Part shown: piece by piece, positions 39,131 to 53,019 of the stretch
Layout of the letters: every line of letters starts with the position of its first letter
Position numbering within the stretch: position 1 is the first letter of the stretch
Source of the DNA: Octopus vulgaris
Lineage: Eukaryota
NCBI GenBank assembly: GCA_951406725.2
Contig: OX597831.1
Coordinates: forward strand, 5,208,001 to 5,272,000
DNA: 64,000 nt
Direction of reading: 5' to 3'
The notes under the pieces: generated by a model
Told to the model about the DNA's origin: nothing
Seen by the model: the letters and a program-made list of their open reading frames with translations, nothing else
The model's database searches: none
Made by a program: the position numbers and the translations under genes

Positions 39131-41385
39131 CTTTCATATTGCAACTGGCAACAGAACGGGAAAATTCCTAGTGTTGTTAGCAGAGGTGTGGTGACACTGC
39201 TGAGGAAGAACGCCGACAATGGGGACGTACTAGAGAATTTTCGGCCCATAAATCTGCTAAACAGAGTTTAAGATTTTGGCCAAGGTTTTAGTGAAAAGGC
39301 TGGTGCTTGTCGTTGGTGGCCTAATCGGAGAAGCGCAAACGTGCGCAATTCCGTGCAGGTCTATCCACGACATTCTCCACCATATGAGATACATCATCGA
39401 GAGGGCTAGAACCATAGCTGGCTTCGGAGATGCTCTGGTCAATTTGGATCAATCAAAAGTGTTCGATAGGGTCGACCATTGCTACTTGGAAGCTGTCCTG
39501 AAAGCAGACGTTTTCGGACACGTTTTCAGAGGCTGAATCGCTGCAATGCACAGCGGCACCTGTTCAGTGGTCAAAGTACACGGCCACCCATCGGAACCAT
39601 TTGGCATTGCACGCTCAGTCCGTCAGGGCTGCCCGCTGTCGACTCTTCTATACGTATTGGCACTCGAGCCACTGTTGCGGAAGTTGGAACAGCTTTCGAA
39701 CTGGGACAAGGAAGGACAGTGTCAGCGTATGCGAACGATGTCGCCGTTATGGTGTCGGACGCCTCTGAAGTGGAGACGGTTGGCACCATCCTAAAGGAAT
39801 ATGAGTCGGTTTGATGGGGCTAAAATCAACGCCGACAAATCGGTTGGTTTGCGGTTGGGCTCCTGGAGAGGCTGGACAATGCCATTGGATAGCGTCGTCG
39901 GATGCTGGATCGACGGACCAGTTAAAGTGCTCGGGGTCTGGTTTGGTACCGACCTCCAGGCTGATAAGAACTGGAACGAGGTGGTGAACAGGGTGGCCAG
40001 TCTTACCCAGAAATGGGCTGAAAGAAAGCTGTCCCTGAAAGGTCGGGCAGAGGTGGTGAATGCTGACATTGCCTCCGCTTTCATTTATTGCCTGACTGTT
40101 GTGCTTTGTCTCGGTTACTGCTTGACAAGGTTGGAGAGCCTCTTATTTTTTTTCTTGTGGAAGGGACGCGTTCTAATGCTCAGACAGTCAGTCTGTTGCC
40201 AATGTCCTAAGAGTGGTGGATTAGGTATGCCGTGACTCCATGCGCTTAGGTTAAGTCACCTGCAACGATTTGTGGAGGGTGAACCTGTGTGGGCTCCGTT
40301 TGTGGGGCTCGTCCTTCCGCAGCTCGTCTCCTTGACGGAGTTACAGCCCTGGGTGAAGAAAAGTCCGAGATTGGGCTTCTGGCACCTAGAATGTCGTCAG
40401 GTGCTCATAACCCTTTAGCAGTCGGGCTATGGGATCGGTGGATGTTACGCTTTAAACATTTATAGAGGATCAGTGGCGGGGAAGTGCGACGACATTCTAG
40501 GGGAGACTCTGGGTACCGATGGGGACGAACTGGCTAGTCTATTCCGGAGGACTTTCCGGTCGGGAACTATCATGGATAATTTCAGAAGTCCTTGGCCTGG
40601 CAGTGCCACCGGGGGGCGCTACCGGTTCGAGATAAACTCTACTGGCACGGTTGTCCTGTCAAATGGACTTGTCCTGGGTGAGCGCAAAGTGACGCACTCA
40701 TTCAGTGTCCGGGCATGGCTGCCTTGTTGAACAGCTGTTGTCACGTGTGGGACGGACCCGTCTGTCGGCCGAGTCTGTATTGATGATTGCATTGCTGCCC
40801 TCCTTCAATCGGGCAGGCAAGGTAGTTTTCCTTTGCTTGGTGGCTGTGGCAGAATTGGTTGTCTTGGTGGACAAGGCTGAGAAGCATGAGGACAGATACA
40901 TTCCTCTTTGGTAGGGCTCTCATTGACTTCTTTAAGTTTCACTTGAAAAGGAAAATGAGAGCGGCGAGGGAAGTGCTGTCCTCGAGTGAGTTTACTGAAA
41001 GGTGAGTGAAAGCTGCGAAAAAGGCAAGAGTGGATGGTACCTCTCTGAGTGTAGAACTGTGAGTCGAGAGAAGGAATTGGAGAGGGCACCTGTTCCTGGG
41101 GTTTCAGGGAAATCTCGGACAGTGGGGTTCCTCGATTATCCCTAGAAGCGTTGCTGTATCAGGAGGGCTACATCTCTATCATCCTCCCACTATTTCTTTC
41201 TTTTTTTAACCTTTCTATGTTATGCATATGTCCCTTCTTTTTTTGTGTATACCGTGTATACTTTATTTTTTTTTATTTTTATCATTTCCTTATTATATGT
41301 AAAGTCCCACGCTTTATGTCTGTTTCTGTATTGTGCCCCCCCCCAATCCTTCACTCTCTGTGTGTGTATAGCAAATAAATGAAAT
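39131..41385 (+). mobile_element. Tx1/L1-clade LINE, decayed ORF2 (RT to C-terminus) plus 3' UTR
   Basis: NFRPINLLN, LDQSKVFDRVDH, SVRQGCPLS, AYANDV (YADD), VKVLGVWF, LSLKGRAEVVN, GGLGMP; frameshifts and stops. Confidence 0.92.
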
Positions 41386-41532
41386 CATCATCAACATCAT
41401 TATTATCATTATTATTATTATTATCATTATTATTTTTTTTTTATTAATTATTATTATTATTATTTATTATTATTATTATTATTATTAATTATTATTATTA
41501 TTATTATTTATTATTTATTATTATTATTATTA

Positions 41533-41563
<31 letters not shown>

Positions 41564-41633
41564 ATTATTATTATCAGCATCGTCATCATCATCATCATTA
41601 TTATTATTATTATTATTATCATTATTATTATTA

Positions 41634-41670
<37 letters not shown>
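41385..41670. repeat. (ATC)n/(ATT)n compound microsatellite
   Basis: Directly visible. Confidence 0.95.
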
Positions 41671-41813
41671 CAGTGCTGTTGTTCTTCTTAATACAGCCCA
41701 TAAGTATTTTAAGGAGAAATACTATTTGGGCTGGAGGTAACGCGGAACACCAATTAAACAGCTATTTTTAAAGCTAACACGTCCAACTACTGTTTTACAT
41801 ACACACACATATG

Positions 41814-41905
<92 letters not shown>

Positions 41906-42211
41906 CATTCATGTGTGTGCGTGTGTTTCTTTGTGAGTCCACATACATATAGAATATATATATATGTATAAATGTGATTTCTTGATACGTATGGCCGTCT
42001 CCTTCCATATATTTTAATGTAAATACTCATATGCATATGAAAATAGGAGCACAGGGATATATATTCCCATGAGAGACTGTGTGTATGTTTGTTCATGTAT
42101 GGATTTTAGTTTTGGAGCGTATATATATATATATTATACACACATACACAGAGTAATCCCTTGCCATATGGCGGACCCCTCAGTATATCGCGGGTTTCTG
42201 CGGCCAATATA

Positions 42212-42421
42212 TTCTTTTTACTCTTATTCTTTTACAGTCATTTGACTGCAGCCATGCTGGAGCACCGCCTTTAGTCGAACAAATTGACCCAGGACTTATT
42301 CTTTGTAAGCCCAGTACTTTTTCTATCGGGCTCTTTTGCCGAACCGCCAAGTTCGGGGACGTAGACACCTCAACATTAGTTGTCAGGTGATGGTAGGGGG
42401 GACAAACACACACACACACAC

Positions 42422-42465
<44 letters not shown>

Positions 42466-42620
42466 GGATTCTTCCAGTTTCCTTCTACCAAATCTACTCA
42501 CAAGGTTTTGGTTGGCCCGAGGCTTATAGTAGAAGACACCTGCCCAAAGTTCCACGCAGGGGGACTGAACCCGGAACCATGTGGTTGGGAAGCAAGCTTC
42601 TTACCACATAGCCACTCCTG
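42212..42620 (-). mobile_element. SINE family C
   Basis: Family match. Confidence 0.85.
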
Positions 42621-42775
42621 TATGTATATATATTGAATGTAGAGTAATCAAAAGATTAAAGGAAACATTTTAAATTAATCGACGAAAATATACCAAATTT
42701 ATTGAATTAGTTAAAATAGAATTTTGTGCATTATAACTAATAATTAAGGCATTTATATATGACATTCTTGTGTAT

Positions 42776-42812
<37 letters not shown>

Positions 42813-43204
42813 CTCTCCCTCTCACATGAGTGCGTACGCAAGTATATGTATATATGTAGATATGTATATATGCATGTGTGAGTAGACTTGTATACATAAT
42901 GTAATTATAAAAACATTAGGCGCAATAATGTGTGTATATATATGTATATAAGTATATATATATACACATTTATATATATATATGAATAAATGAATATATA
43001 TATCTACCTATATATAATATATACACACATACATGTATATATATATGTATATACATACATATATGTATATACACATATATGCATATACGTACATATATAT
43101 GTATACACACACACATATATATACATGTATGTGTATATACACACATATATACACACATATATACACATATATACATATATATATATTATTAGTGAATTGA
43201 ACAT

Positions 43205-43743
43205 ATATAACTTAGAATAACTTAGAAAGGTTTTTGGCCAGTATTGGCCCAGGCCATGTCTAACTTAATAGCACCACCTGGCGAAGTCTTTCAGTTCAGG
43301 ATTTGGGCACCAAGGCCCATTCGAGCAGAGAGTTATTGTTTGCGGAGACATATCCGGGTGTGGATGGTTTGTCCGGTACTGTTTGAAGGAATTTGTCCAA
43401 AGACTTCTTGAATTTTGTGTGGTCAGTTTCTTTTTTGACGTGTCCTGGTGTAATGTTGAAGAGAGCGGGTCCAATTGAGGTGAAATAGTTGTGCCGTATT
43501 GTCGTTATGTGATGCGATTTAGATTTTTGTTGTGGACGGATGGCACGTGGTCCAAGCCTTGGATGCATTTTGAAGGTGATGCCAACATCATTCGGACAGT
43601 GCTGATGGAATATTTTCCACATCATACAGATAATGTAGCGTTCACGGCGTCGTTGGAGTGAATACAATTTCAGCTTCTCTAGTCTACCCCAGTAGTCAAG
43701 GTCTGACATGCCATCTATCTTTTTTGTGATTGACCTTTGGGGT

Positions 43744-43745
<2 letters not shown>
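43205..43745 (-). mobile_element. CR1-group LINE 3' end (ORF2 C-terminus open to stop at 43296)
   Basis: ITKKIDGMSDLDYWGRLEKLKLYSLQRRRERYIICMMWKI...FKKSLDKFL; short tandem tail (TTCTAAGTTA)2. Confidence 0.8.
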
Positions 43746-43792
<47 letters not shown>

Positions 43793-43861
43793 CACACATA
43801 TATACATATAAACACACACATATATATATACACATATATACATACATATACACACATTTAT

Positions 43862-43902
<41 letters not shown>

Positions 43903-44743
43903 GGTTTTATATACTTAACTATATGAGGAAACGTATTTCTGTGGCAGCATATGTATACATATATGTATATATGTTATGCATAGAATCTATAAATACCTTA
44001 TGTACACACATACACACACAAGTCACGGATTAACTCGCATTCAAATATGCACAAACACATACAAACATACGCATACATGCATAAACAAGACCCGAATACC
44101 TTACGTACACACACACACAATCGCTCTCTCACACACACACGTTTATGTACATGTATCCATTACGATTAAAAATGTGCATTTGATAGTTGTCAGCTGATTG
44201 CATTATGAAGGCTGGCGGAGGCATTGTGGGACGTCTTCCATCTTTAATAGTATTGGCCAGTTTGTTCGTTGTGTTTTTTAACAGCCGTACAATGTGTTAT
44301 TAAACAGATTGTTTCCATCATTGCTTACTTAATAAAATCGCTAAATTCTCACTGCACTGTGAAGAGCTGTTAACGTTTTTCTGATTCTTTTAGCAGACTT
44401 CGCCATTCACGTTGCCTTTCCGCGCGAGTTGATGCCACGTCTGGTTATGTACTTCGCCAGTTCCACATCAACGCCGCTTCCCTGTATGTCTAGATACACA
44501 CATACACACACAATATACACACGCAATGAACATACACAATATACACACCCATACGCATGTATGTGTATACGTCTATATAGTCTATATACATATAAATATA
44601 TGTATGTATATGCATATATATTTGTATGTATGTATGCATGTATCTACCAAACTATTTATATATATAACTTATACATGTAATGTGTGTGTATATATATATA
44701 TATATAACTTATAATGGATATATATATATATAACTTATAATGG

Positions 44744-44779
<36 letters not shown>

Positions 44780-45166
44780 ATAATCTTATATATAGATGTA
44801 GATATATATATATAAACTTGCATATATAATCTTATACATAGATATATCTACATCTATGTATAAGATTATATATATAAGTTTATATATATATATATATAAA
44901 CTTATATATATAATCTTATACATATATATATATATGTATATATATTGTATATACATATGTATAAATACACACAAGTGTGTGTGTGTAGGAATGCATATGT
45001 ATTTTTATGTGTGTGTAAAGTCCACTGTTGAGAGTGTCTACACTGACATTATAGATAAATATTTGCTGTATATATTAGGACGGCTCTTATGTGTGTATAG
45101 TTCCGAATACCATAAACACAAACATAAACCTCAAGCATTTACTTAACGTAACGTCGCCTGTGTGTG

Positions 45167-45209
<43 letters not shown>

Positions 45210-45244
45210 AGAGAGAAAGTGTGAGAGAGAGAGAGAGATCCTTC

Positions 45245-45443
45245 TCGAGTCACGCCGACTCATAGGATTACTCACAGGATGCCGACCCGTTAGAGAATTA
45301 CTCATTTTTGTCAGCTGAGTGGACTGGAGCAACGTGAAATGAAGTGTCTTGCTCAAGAACACAAACGCGTCCTTCGGTCTAGGAATCGAAACCAGAGTCT
45401 TACGATCACGAGTTTAACACCCTAAATACTAAGCCACACGCCC

Positions 45444-45445
<2 letters not shown>
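45245..45445 (-). mobile_element. Family F-related CORE-like SINE
   Basis: CAGCTGAGTGGACTGGAGCAACGTGAAATGAAGTGTCTTGCTCAAG; tRNA-like head. Confidence 0.65.
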
Positions 45446-45484
<39 letters not shown>

Positions 45485-45546
45485 CTATATATACACACAC
45501 ACACATATCTATATATACACGCACACACACACACACACATATATAT

Positions 45547-45587
<41 letters not shown>

Positions 45588-45748
45588 CGGACCGCATTTT
45601 TCCGGTTGTCAGAGGGCGTTTCCCAACACCCCAGTTGCCAAGCACCCTTTCTCAATCTGCGCTTGAACCAGGACTGTAGCTCTGACACGAGACGAGCTAC
45701 AGAAAGTCCTGCCTGATAAACAGCGACTACACCTCGTCACTGTCACTA

Positions 45749-45779
<31 letters not shown>

Positions 45780-46147
45780 CACGTGATCACGTGACCGACC
45801 AGACCATCAGATGTTGTTACACATCGCTGGTCACAATGCGTTCGCATTGTTCTAGCCTTCGAATGACGCCACCCCGCTGGCTAAGCGAGCAGGCCAACAT
45901 ATATATATATATATGTATGTCTGTGTGTCTGTGGGTGTGTTTTTGTGTGTGAGCGTGCGTCTGTAAGTCACCTTTGTAATTCGAAAACTTCAGAAAATGA
46001 AAATGAAAGTTAACTCAGCTGAGGTTTAATGGACCAACAGAGGCCAACAAATACGGTTTTATTAAAACCATACCAGAAGACAACCAGTGGGCTCCGTTGG
46101 TAGCAAAGAAGTTCATCGACTGCACTCAACTGTAATAGACACAATAT

Positions 46148-46352
46148 CCGGCAGAGTCTTTAGCCCGTCGGGCAAAAAATGCTTAGCGGCATTTCATAGG
46201 TCTTTACGTTCTGAGTTCAAATTTTGCTGAGGTCGACTTTGCATTTCATCTTTCGGGACCCATAAAATAAACAGCAGTTGAGCACTGGGGATCGATGTGA
46301 TCGACTTATCCTCTCCACCGAAATTTCCGGCCTTGAGCTAAAATTTGAAATC
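46148..46352 (+). mobile_element. SINE family D, decayed
   Basis: Family match. Confidence 0.7.
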
Positions 46353-46683
46353 AATATATTGTGGAATTTTTATAAAGATAATTTATGAACCCCCCACTGT
46401 ATCCACTATATACTGTATGTAACAAATTGTCCAGCATACAAGTCGACGTAGTACGTAGTGCAAACATGTAGTACAAGCGTTCAGACAGCTTCGCTATCTT
46501 TCCGAAACCTATAGCATTTCACACAGAATTTTTGGAACCCCTAGAGTCGTTTGGATGTGAAGGACGGCCTTAGCTCTAAATTTTATTCTTAAAAATTCGA
46601 TTTGAATGGCGAAAAATACATCACTGTATATATTCTAGAATATTCTCCACCATCTCTTACATTATTTACTGTAATATATAATA

Positions 46684-46983
46684 CTTGTTCCTTCTCGAGC
46701 AACGCCTAGCTCATTAGAGCTGGTTTCCCGGTTTCCTTGGCGTATAGGTTCCCCACCTGGACGGGACGCCGGTCCGTCGCAGGTGAGCTGCAAGATGCAG
46801 GAAGAAAGAGTGAGAGAAAGTTGTGGCGAAAGAGTCAGCAGAATTTCGCCATTATCTTCTGCCGGAGTCGCGTGGAGCTTAGGTGTTTCGCTCATAAACA
46901 CACACATTGCCCGGTCTGATATTCGAACCTGCGATCCCTCGACCGCGAATCCGCTGCTCTAACCACAAGGCCATATGCCTCCA
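46684..46983 (-). mobile_element. SINE family B, full length
   Basis: TSD TGTAATATATAATA (46670-46683 / 46984-46997). Confidence 0.9.
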
Positions 46984-47319
46984 TGTAATATATAATATAG
47001 AGAATACTATAAGCCACTTATCTCTCTCTCATTTGGACATTAAATATAATACAACTTCATTGGTCACCTGTAACATATCATAGGTCACCTGTAACATACC
47101 ATAGGTGTGTTCATAACAACGCCAGTAAATACAATTAATCTCTACAAAATAAAGCTTTACATCTCCATACAACTCATTTGGTAACCCTTAATGTCGATTT
47201 ATCAAACCGCAAGCAAATAAATATCGATAAGATTTATTTATAAATATGATTGGAGCAAAAAATAATTGTTTTACAGTCTATTTGTGTGCGTGTGTATGTG
47301 TGTGTGTGTGTGTGCATAT

Positions 47320-47695
47320 ACTCTTTACTCTTTTTCTTGCTTCAGTCATTTGACTGCAGCCATGCTGCAGCACCGCCCTTAATCGAGCAAATCGACCACA
47401 GGACTTATTCTTTGTAAGCCTAGTACTTATTCTAGTGGTGTCTTTTGCCGAACCACTAAGTTACAGGGACGTAAACACACCACAGACACACAAACATACA
47501 CACACGTATATATTTATATATATATATATATATACGACGGGCTTCTTTCAGTTTCCGTCTACCAAATTTACTCAAGGCTTTGGTAGGCCCGAGGCTATAG
47601 TAGAAGACACTTGCCCAAGATGCCACGTAGTGGGACTGAACCCGGAACCATGTGGTTGGTAAGCAAACTACTTACCACACAGCCACTCCTACGCT
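47320..47695 (-). mobile_element. SINE family C
   Basis: Family match. Confidence 0.85.
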
Positions 47696-48055
47696 TATGT
47701 ATATATGTATACATATATACACACACACATATATATATGTATGTATATATACACATATATATATATATATGTATATATATATACACATATATATATATGT
47801 ATGTATATATACACATATATATATATGTGTATGTATATATACACACATATATATGTGTATGTATATATACACACATATATATATATGTATGTATATATAC
47901 ACACACATATATATATATATGTATATATACACACATATATATATATATGTATGTATATATACATACATATATATATATGTATGTATATATACACATGGAT
48001 ATATGTATATATATTTATGTGTGTGTGTGTATAGACATTATGTATGTGTGTGTGT

Positions 48056-48104
<49 letters not shown>

Positions 48105-48110
48105 TAAGAA
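47695..48110. repeat. Compound TA/CA/TATG array with about 30-bp higher-order period
   Basis: Directly visible; similar arrays at 42930-43190, 49670-50050, 50325-50710, 55465-56050 and 62815-63290. Confidence 0.9.
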
Positions 48111-48932
48111 TAGGTGTATGTAGATTCACATATGAATGTGTTTGTGTGTGTATATCTGCGTAAATGTATGTATATGCGTCGTCTGTATGTATACCCATGC
48201 ATGTACCTCTCTGTGCAAATATACGTATTTTGGGTCATCTGTTATTTTATTTGAGTTTCTAAGTGCCGGTGTGCCCGCCCACTCTACAATTGCCTGTTTA
48301 TGTTACGTATGTCTGAACACGAAATATCTCATTACATATACACCACTCTCATACTCATTATATACATACATACATGTATGTGTGTGAATTTATATATATG
48401 TGCGTGTGCGCATATATATATATATGCGTGTATATATATATATATAAACGTATACATATACTCATATCAATAGATGTATACACCTTTAGTCGCTGCTAAT
48501 TATTTTTCCATGATGCTCCCCCCGACGCTCGACCACGTAACCAGAGTATATTACAAGAAAAAAACCCTAATTTTTCAGCTGTCCTAGGTTAACCTCCACA
48601 TAACCCATTGCCAGCTCTCCTTTCAAAATCTTTTTCTAATTTACGCTCATACTCTCCTCTCTCTCTCTTCTACTATTCGTCGTCGTCTTCTACTTCTCTC
48701 TCTCTCTCTCTCAATATATATTTATATATAGATGTATATCGCATTTTATACATATCGCTTACTTTTTCTTTCTGTGTATGTAGCACACTCACATACACAT
48801 ACAGTCAGATATTCACACATACATAGACACACACACACGCGATACGTACACACATAGAATTATTTTCATATATGTATACATATTTACATACTATACATTC
48901 TCACATATCTCTATATTCATACATGTGTCTGT

Positions 48933-48972
<40 letters not shown>

Positions 48973-49086
48973 AATATTTACTTAATATTTAACACATACG
49001 ATATATAAAGACATACAAGCACCTCTCTATTATATGTGAGTGTGTACACACACATATGTTCAAACAAAACACACACACACACACAC

Positions 49087-49132
<46 letters not shown>

Positions 49133-49959
49133 CATATATATACACACATAATACAAAATGGGACAAGAACGCAAAACATCCGGACAACTAGGTGATACAA
49201 AAAGGGACAACAAAACATCCAGATAGACGATACGAAAAAAAAACAAGGACGGGTCATTCGAAGCTTTCTATCCTCAGTCAAGAACCGGATCATCCTCGCA
49301 ATTTCGGCTGAAAGAGAAAGAAAAGAGGGTTATATAGAAAAGAGGGTTATATAGAAAAGAGGGTTATATATGTTAATAGATAGACAGACAGACATCGATG
49401 GATGGATGGATATGAAATGTTTTGGGCTCAGAACTTATCAGTGACAAACATTACATGCATAAATCTTGGCCGTTTCGTTAAAGGTGAATAGTACAGAAAC
49501 AGTTGAAGTCAGTTATTCCCTCTTGACTCTCTCACATGCTAACTTCGCGTATATATATTGTTCCGCCAGTGTGTCTATAAAATTCTCCATTTTCAATAAC
49601 TAAGACACTGGAGGGAAATTAACTCACAATTTCGTCTAAGTTTTATTCCCCTCGGCCGAAGCGAAAGCTTATATATAAATATATATGTATATATGTATGT
49701 ATGTATATGTATGTATATGTATGTATATGTATGTATATGTATGTATGTATATATATATGTATGTATATGTATGTATGTATATGTATGTATGTATATGTAT
49801 GTATGTATGTATATATATGTATATATATGTATGTATATATATATGTATATATATATATGTATGTGTATATATATATATATATGTATGTATATATATATAT
49901 GTATGTATGTATATATATGTATGTATGTATATATATGTATGTATGTATATGTATGTATG

Positions 49960-49991
<32 letters not shown>

Positions 49992-50020
49992 TAATGTATG
50001 TATATATATATGTATGTATG

Positions 50021-50051
<31 letters not shown>

Positions 50052-50052
50052 G

Positions 50053-50322
50053 ACCGCGCTGCGTGTTGTGTTCTTGAGCAAGGCACTTTATTTCACGTTG
50101 CTCCAGTTCACTCAGCTGTAGAAATGAGTTGCGACGTCACAGGTGCCAAGCTGTATCGACCTTTGTCTTTCCCCTGGATAACACTGGTGGCGTGGAGAGG
50201 GGAGGCTGGTATGCATGGGCGACTACTGGTCTTCCATAAACAACCTTGCCCGGACTTGTGTCTAGGAGGGTAACTTTCTAGGTGCAATCCCATGGTCACT
50301 CATGACCGAAGGGGGGTCTTTT
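50053..50322 (+). mobile_element. SINE family F lacking most of its head
   Basis: Homologous to 38590-38840. Confidence 0.8.
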
Positions 50323-50376
50323 ATATATAATGTATGTATATATATGTATGTATGTATATGTATGTATGTATGTATG

Positions 50377-50412
<36 letters not shown>

Positions 50413-50617
50413 TATATATATAATGTATGTATATATATATGTATGTATGTATGTATATATATATAATGTATGTATATATATATGTATGTATGTATGTATA
50501 ATATATATATATATATATATAATGTATGTATATATATAATGTATGTATATATATAATGTATGTATATATATGTATGTATGTATATATATGTATGTATGTA
50601 TATATATATAATGTATG

Positions 50618-50653
<36 letters not shown>

Positions 50654-51334
50654 TATATGCATGTATATATATATGTATATATGTATACATATATATATAA
50701 TGTATGTATATCTTTTAAAATATATTTTTCATAGTACCTCTAAATATGTAGAAATAACGGACTTAAACGTACGCCGAGCATGAAAACTGTGGCATACCGC
50801 CATTTTATTAGGTGGACTCCCAAGTGTCATATAGACCCCTCCAAAGGTCATATATACCTCCAAGGATCATATGTACCCCAGTTGAGAACCCCAGATCTAA
50901 GCGCTTACTCTTGTTCATTAGAGATTTAAATCCCGTTCTTTTTGTTTTGCTTTTTTTTTTTTTCATAGGTGATGGACCTTCGTAACTTTTCTGGAAAAAT
51001 TCTTGTAGAACGAAGTTTTCTACAAAATTCTTCAGTAAACTTTAATAAGACTTATTCTGTCAGATTTTGGAGTTATTGTAAGGTTCAAGTCCATATTCTA
51101 TAAATATTTCGTTTTTTTTTTAATTTTCGTAAGATTTCTTTACATAAATTGATCCTTTTCTCGTCAGTTAGTTATCATTAGGGCTATCTTTATTTTATTA
51201 GGAAGTTCTCTTCCCTTAAAAATCTTGCTTTGTAAACCATTTGTACCTTGTCTTTCTATTCTACAATTTTTTTTTTTATAGAAAGAGGACTCCTTGTTGT
51301 TGATAAGTGAAATAATATTATTATTGATACAGTT

Positions 51335-51501
51335 GTATATTTAAGAGATGAGGAATTATGTACATTATTTTCATTTGACGGATATTTGTCCTCATCTTGT
51401 TTGTTGTTAACACAACATTTCGGCTGATATACCCTTCAGCCTTCATCAGGTGTCTTGGGGAAATTTCGAACCTGGGTTCTCATTCCTAAGGTATTTTTCG
51501 A

Positions 51502-51545
<44 letters not shown>

Positions 51546-51770
51546 TCACTGCCTGGAATCGAACTCGGAATCTTCGGGTTAGTAGCCCGCGCTCTTAACC
51601 ACTACCCCATACGCCCAATAATAATAATATCGAAAAATACCTTTGGAATGAGAACCCAGGTTCGAAATTTCCTCAAGACACCTGACGATAGCTGCAAATC
51701 ATCCGAAACGTTGTGTTAACTACAAACAAGATGAGGACAAATATCCGTCAAATGTAAATAATGTAAATAT
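51335..51770. mobile_element. Fold-back dimer of a tRNA-headed hammerhead element (family H3)
   Basis: tRNA-like head 51542-51616 (-), (AAT)n spacer, HHR 51409-51454 (-); inverted arm 51617-51770 with HHR 51677-51717 (+). Confidence 0.85.
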
Positions 51771-52687
51771 CATTATTATTGTACCGTCTTCCTTAATTTG
51801 TTAGTTTAGTGTTAGCAAATTTACTATATCACCTGGTTTCTCAGTTAATTTCGGCCTCTTCTTCCATTATCGTTCTCTTTAAATGGTTTGTGAGAAAAAA
51901 ATTCCTTTTGTTGTATTTGAACATGATTTAGGATGAACTATTGAATTTCAGTCCGTTTTTTTATTACTTCTGCACACGACCGGATATGATGTGTCGCCCT
52001 TTGACAGCTTTTTGATCAGAATTGAAAACTGCTACGAAAGGAGTGATGTTTGCTTCTTTCCATTAGTTTCAAATTCTATATTTTTTAGTATTCTTTCCAT
52101 AATTGGTTTCATGCTTCTGTTGCCGCAAATTTCTCGATTCCTTTGGTTAATTTGACTTTGATTCTCTTTGTACGTTTTGTACATTTTTTCCCTTGCATTT
52201 AATGCTTTACTCGTGACTTTCTTCTCATTTGTTTGGTGAATCTTACTTCTTTTATGACGTCACATTTTTCGAATTTGCATTTACATCTAGGTACTCAAAG
52301 CTGGACTAAGCATCATATATTTGGAACTTATATACACTGAACATCGTGTCACAATTTATGAAAGACCCGCAGAAAAATATGTGGTATACATATATAATTC
52401 TTGTTTTTTTTTTTGGAACGATAGATCTCGAAGCAAATAAAGCTATGAATGATAGCTGTAAATGTTGGTTTTAAAAATCCTTCGAATAAAAAGAAGTTGG
52501 GCAGCCTTCGATTTTTTATCCAATGTAATTTTAGCCCAATATTCACACGCTATTTTTATAGCATTATTTGCTTCGAGATCCACCTCTCAAAAATAGAATT
52601 ATTTTACTTTTCCCTGAGTCTATAAATTCTTATGTCAATGAATGAATATATTATTATATATAAAGTCATAAATTACAAAGAAATATG

Positions 52688-52926
52688 ACGTTGAAAGATT
52701 TAAAAGGCCAAACAATGCAAAAAGATTTTAAGATGAGGTAATCTTTGCTCGTATATGTATTCGATATTTCAGGACAGATTCTTTTTAACCTTGAAGAAGG
52801 GACTTGTATGTACCGAAATATTGGATACATATACGACCAAAGATTACCAGGTAACTTACTTTTAGTTTACGTTACCTTATTTTAAAATCTATTTGCATTG
52901 TTTGGTCTTTTAAATCTTTCAACGTT
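52688..52926. mobile_element. Fold-back repeat with decayed minimal HHR near the centre (52787-52826, +)
   Basis: ACGTTGAAAGATTTAAAAG.CCAAACAATGCAAA / TTTGCATTGTTTGG.CTTTTAAATCTTTCAACGT arms; AACC-TTGAAGA-A-GGGACttgtatGTACC-GAAA-TA-TT-GGAT. Confidence 0.6.
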
Positions 52927-53019
52927 ATACCCAAATACAATGCTTCAAGCGAACTATAAAACCTTATTATGACAAAGAAATAGTTTGAAGTTTTATTTAA
53001 CAATAAGAAAATTTTAATA

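Noticed and set aside
44258-44280. miR-375-like TTTGTTCGTT
   Set aside because: Only the first 10 nt match and no precursor hairpin is evident; I recognised no conserved miRNA in the window.
51542-51616. Functional tRNA gene (also the SINE A, B, D and F heads)
   Set aside because: No proper acceptor stem or terminator, and each is embedded in a repeat body.
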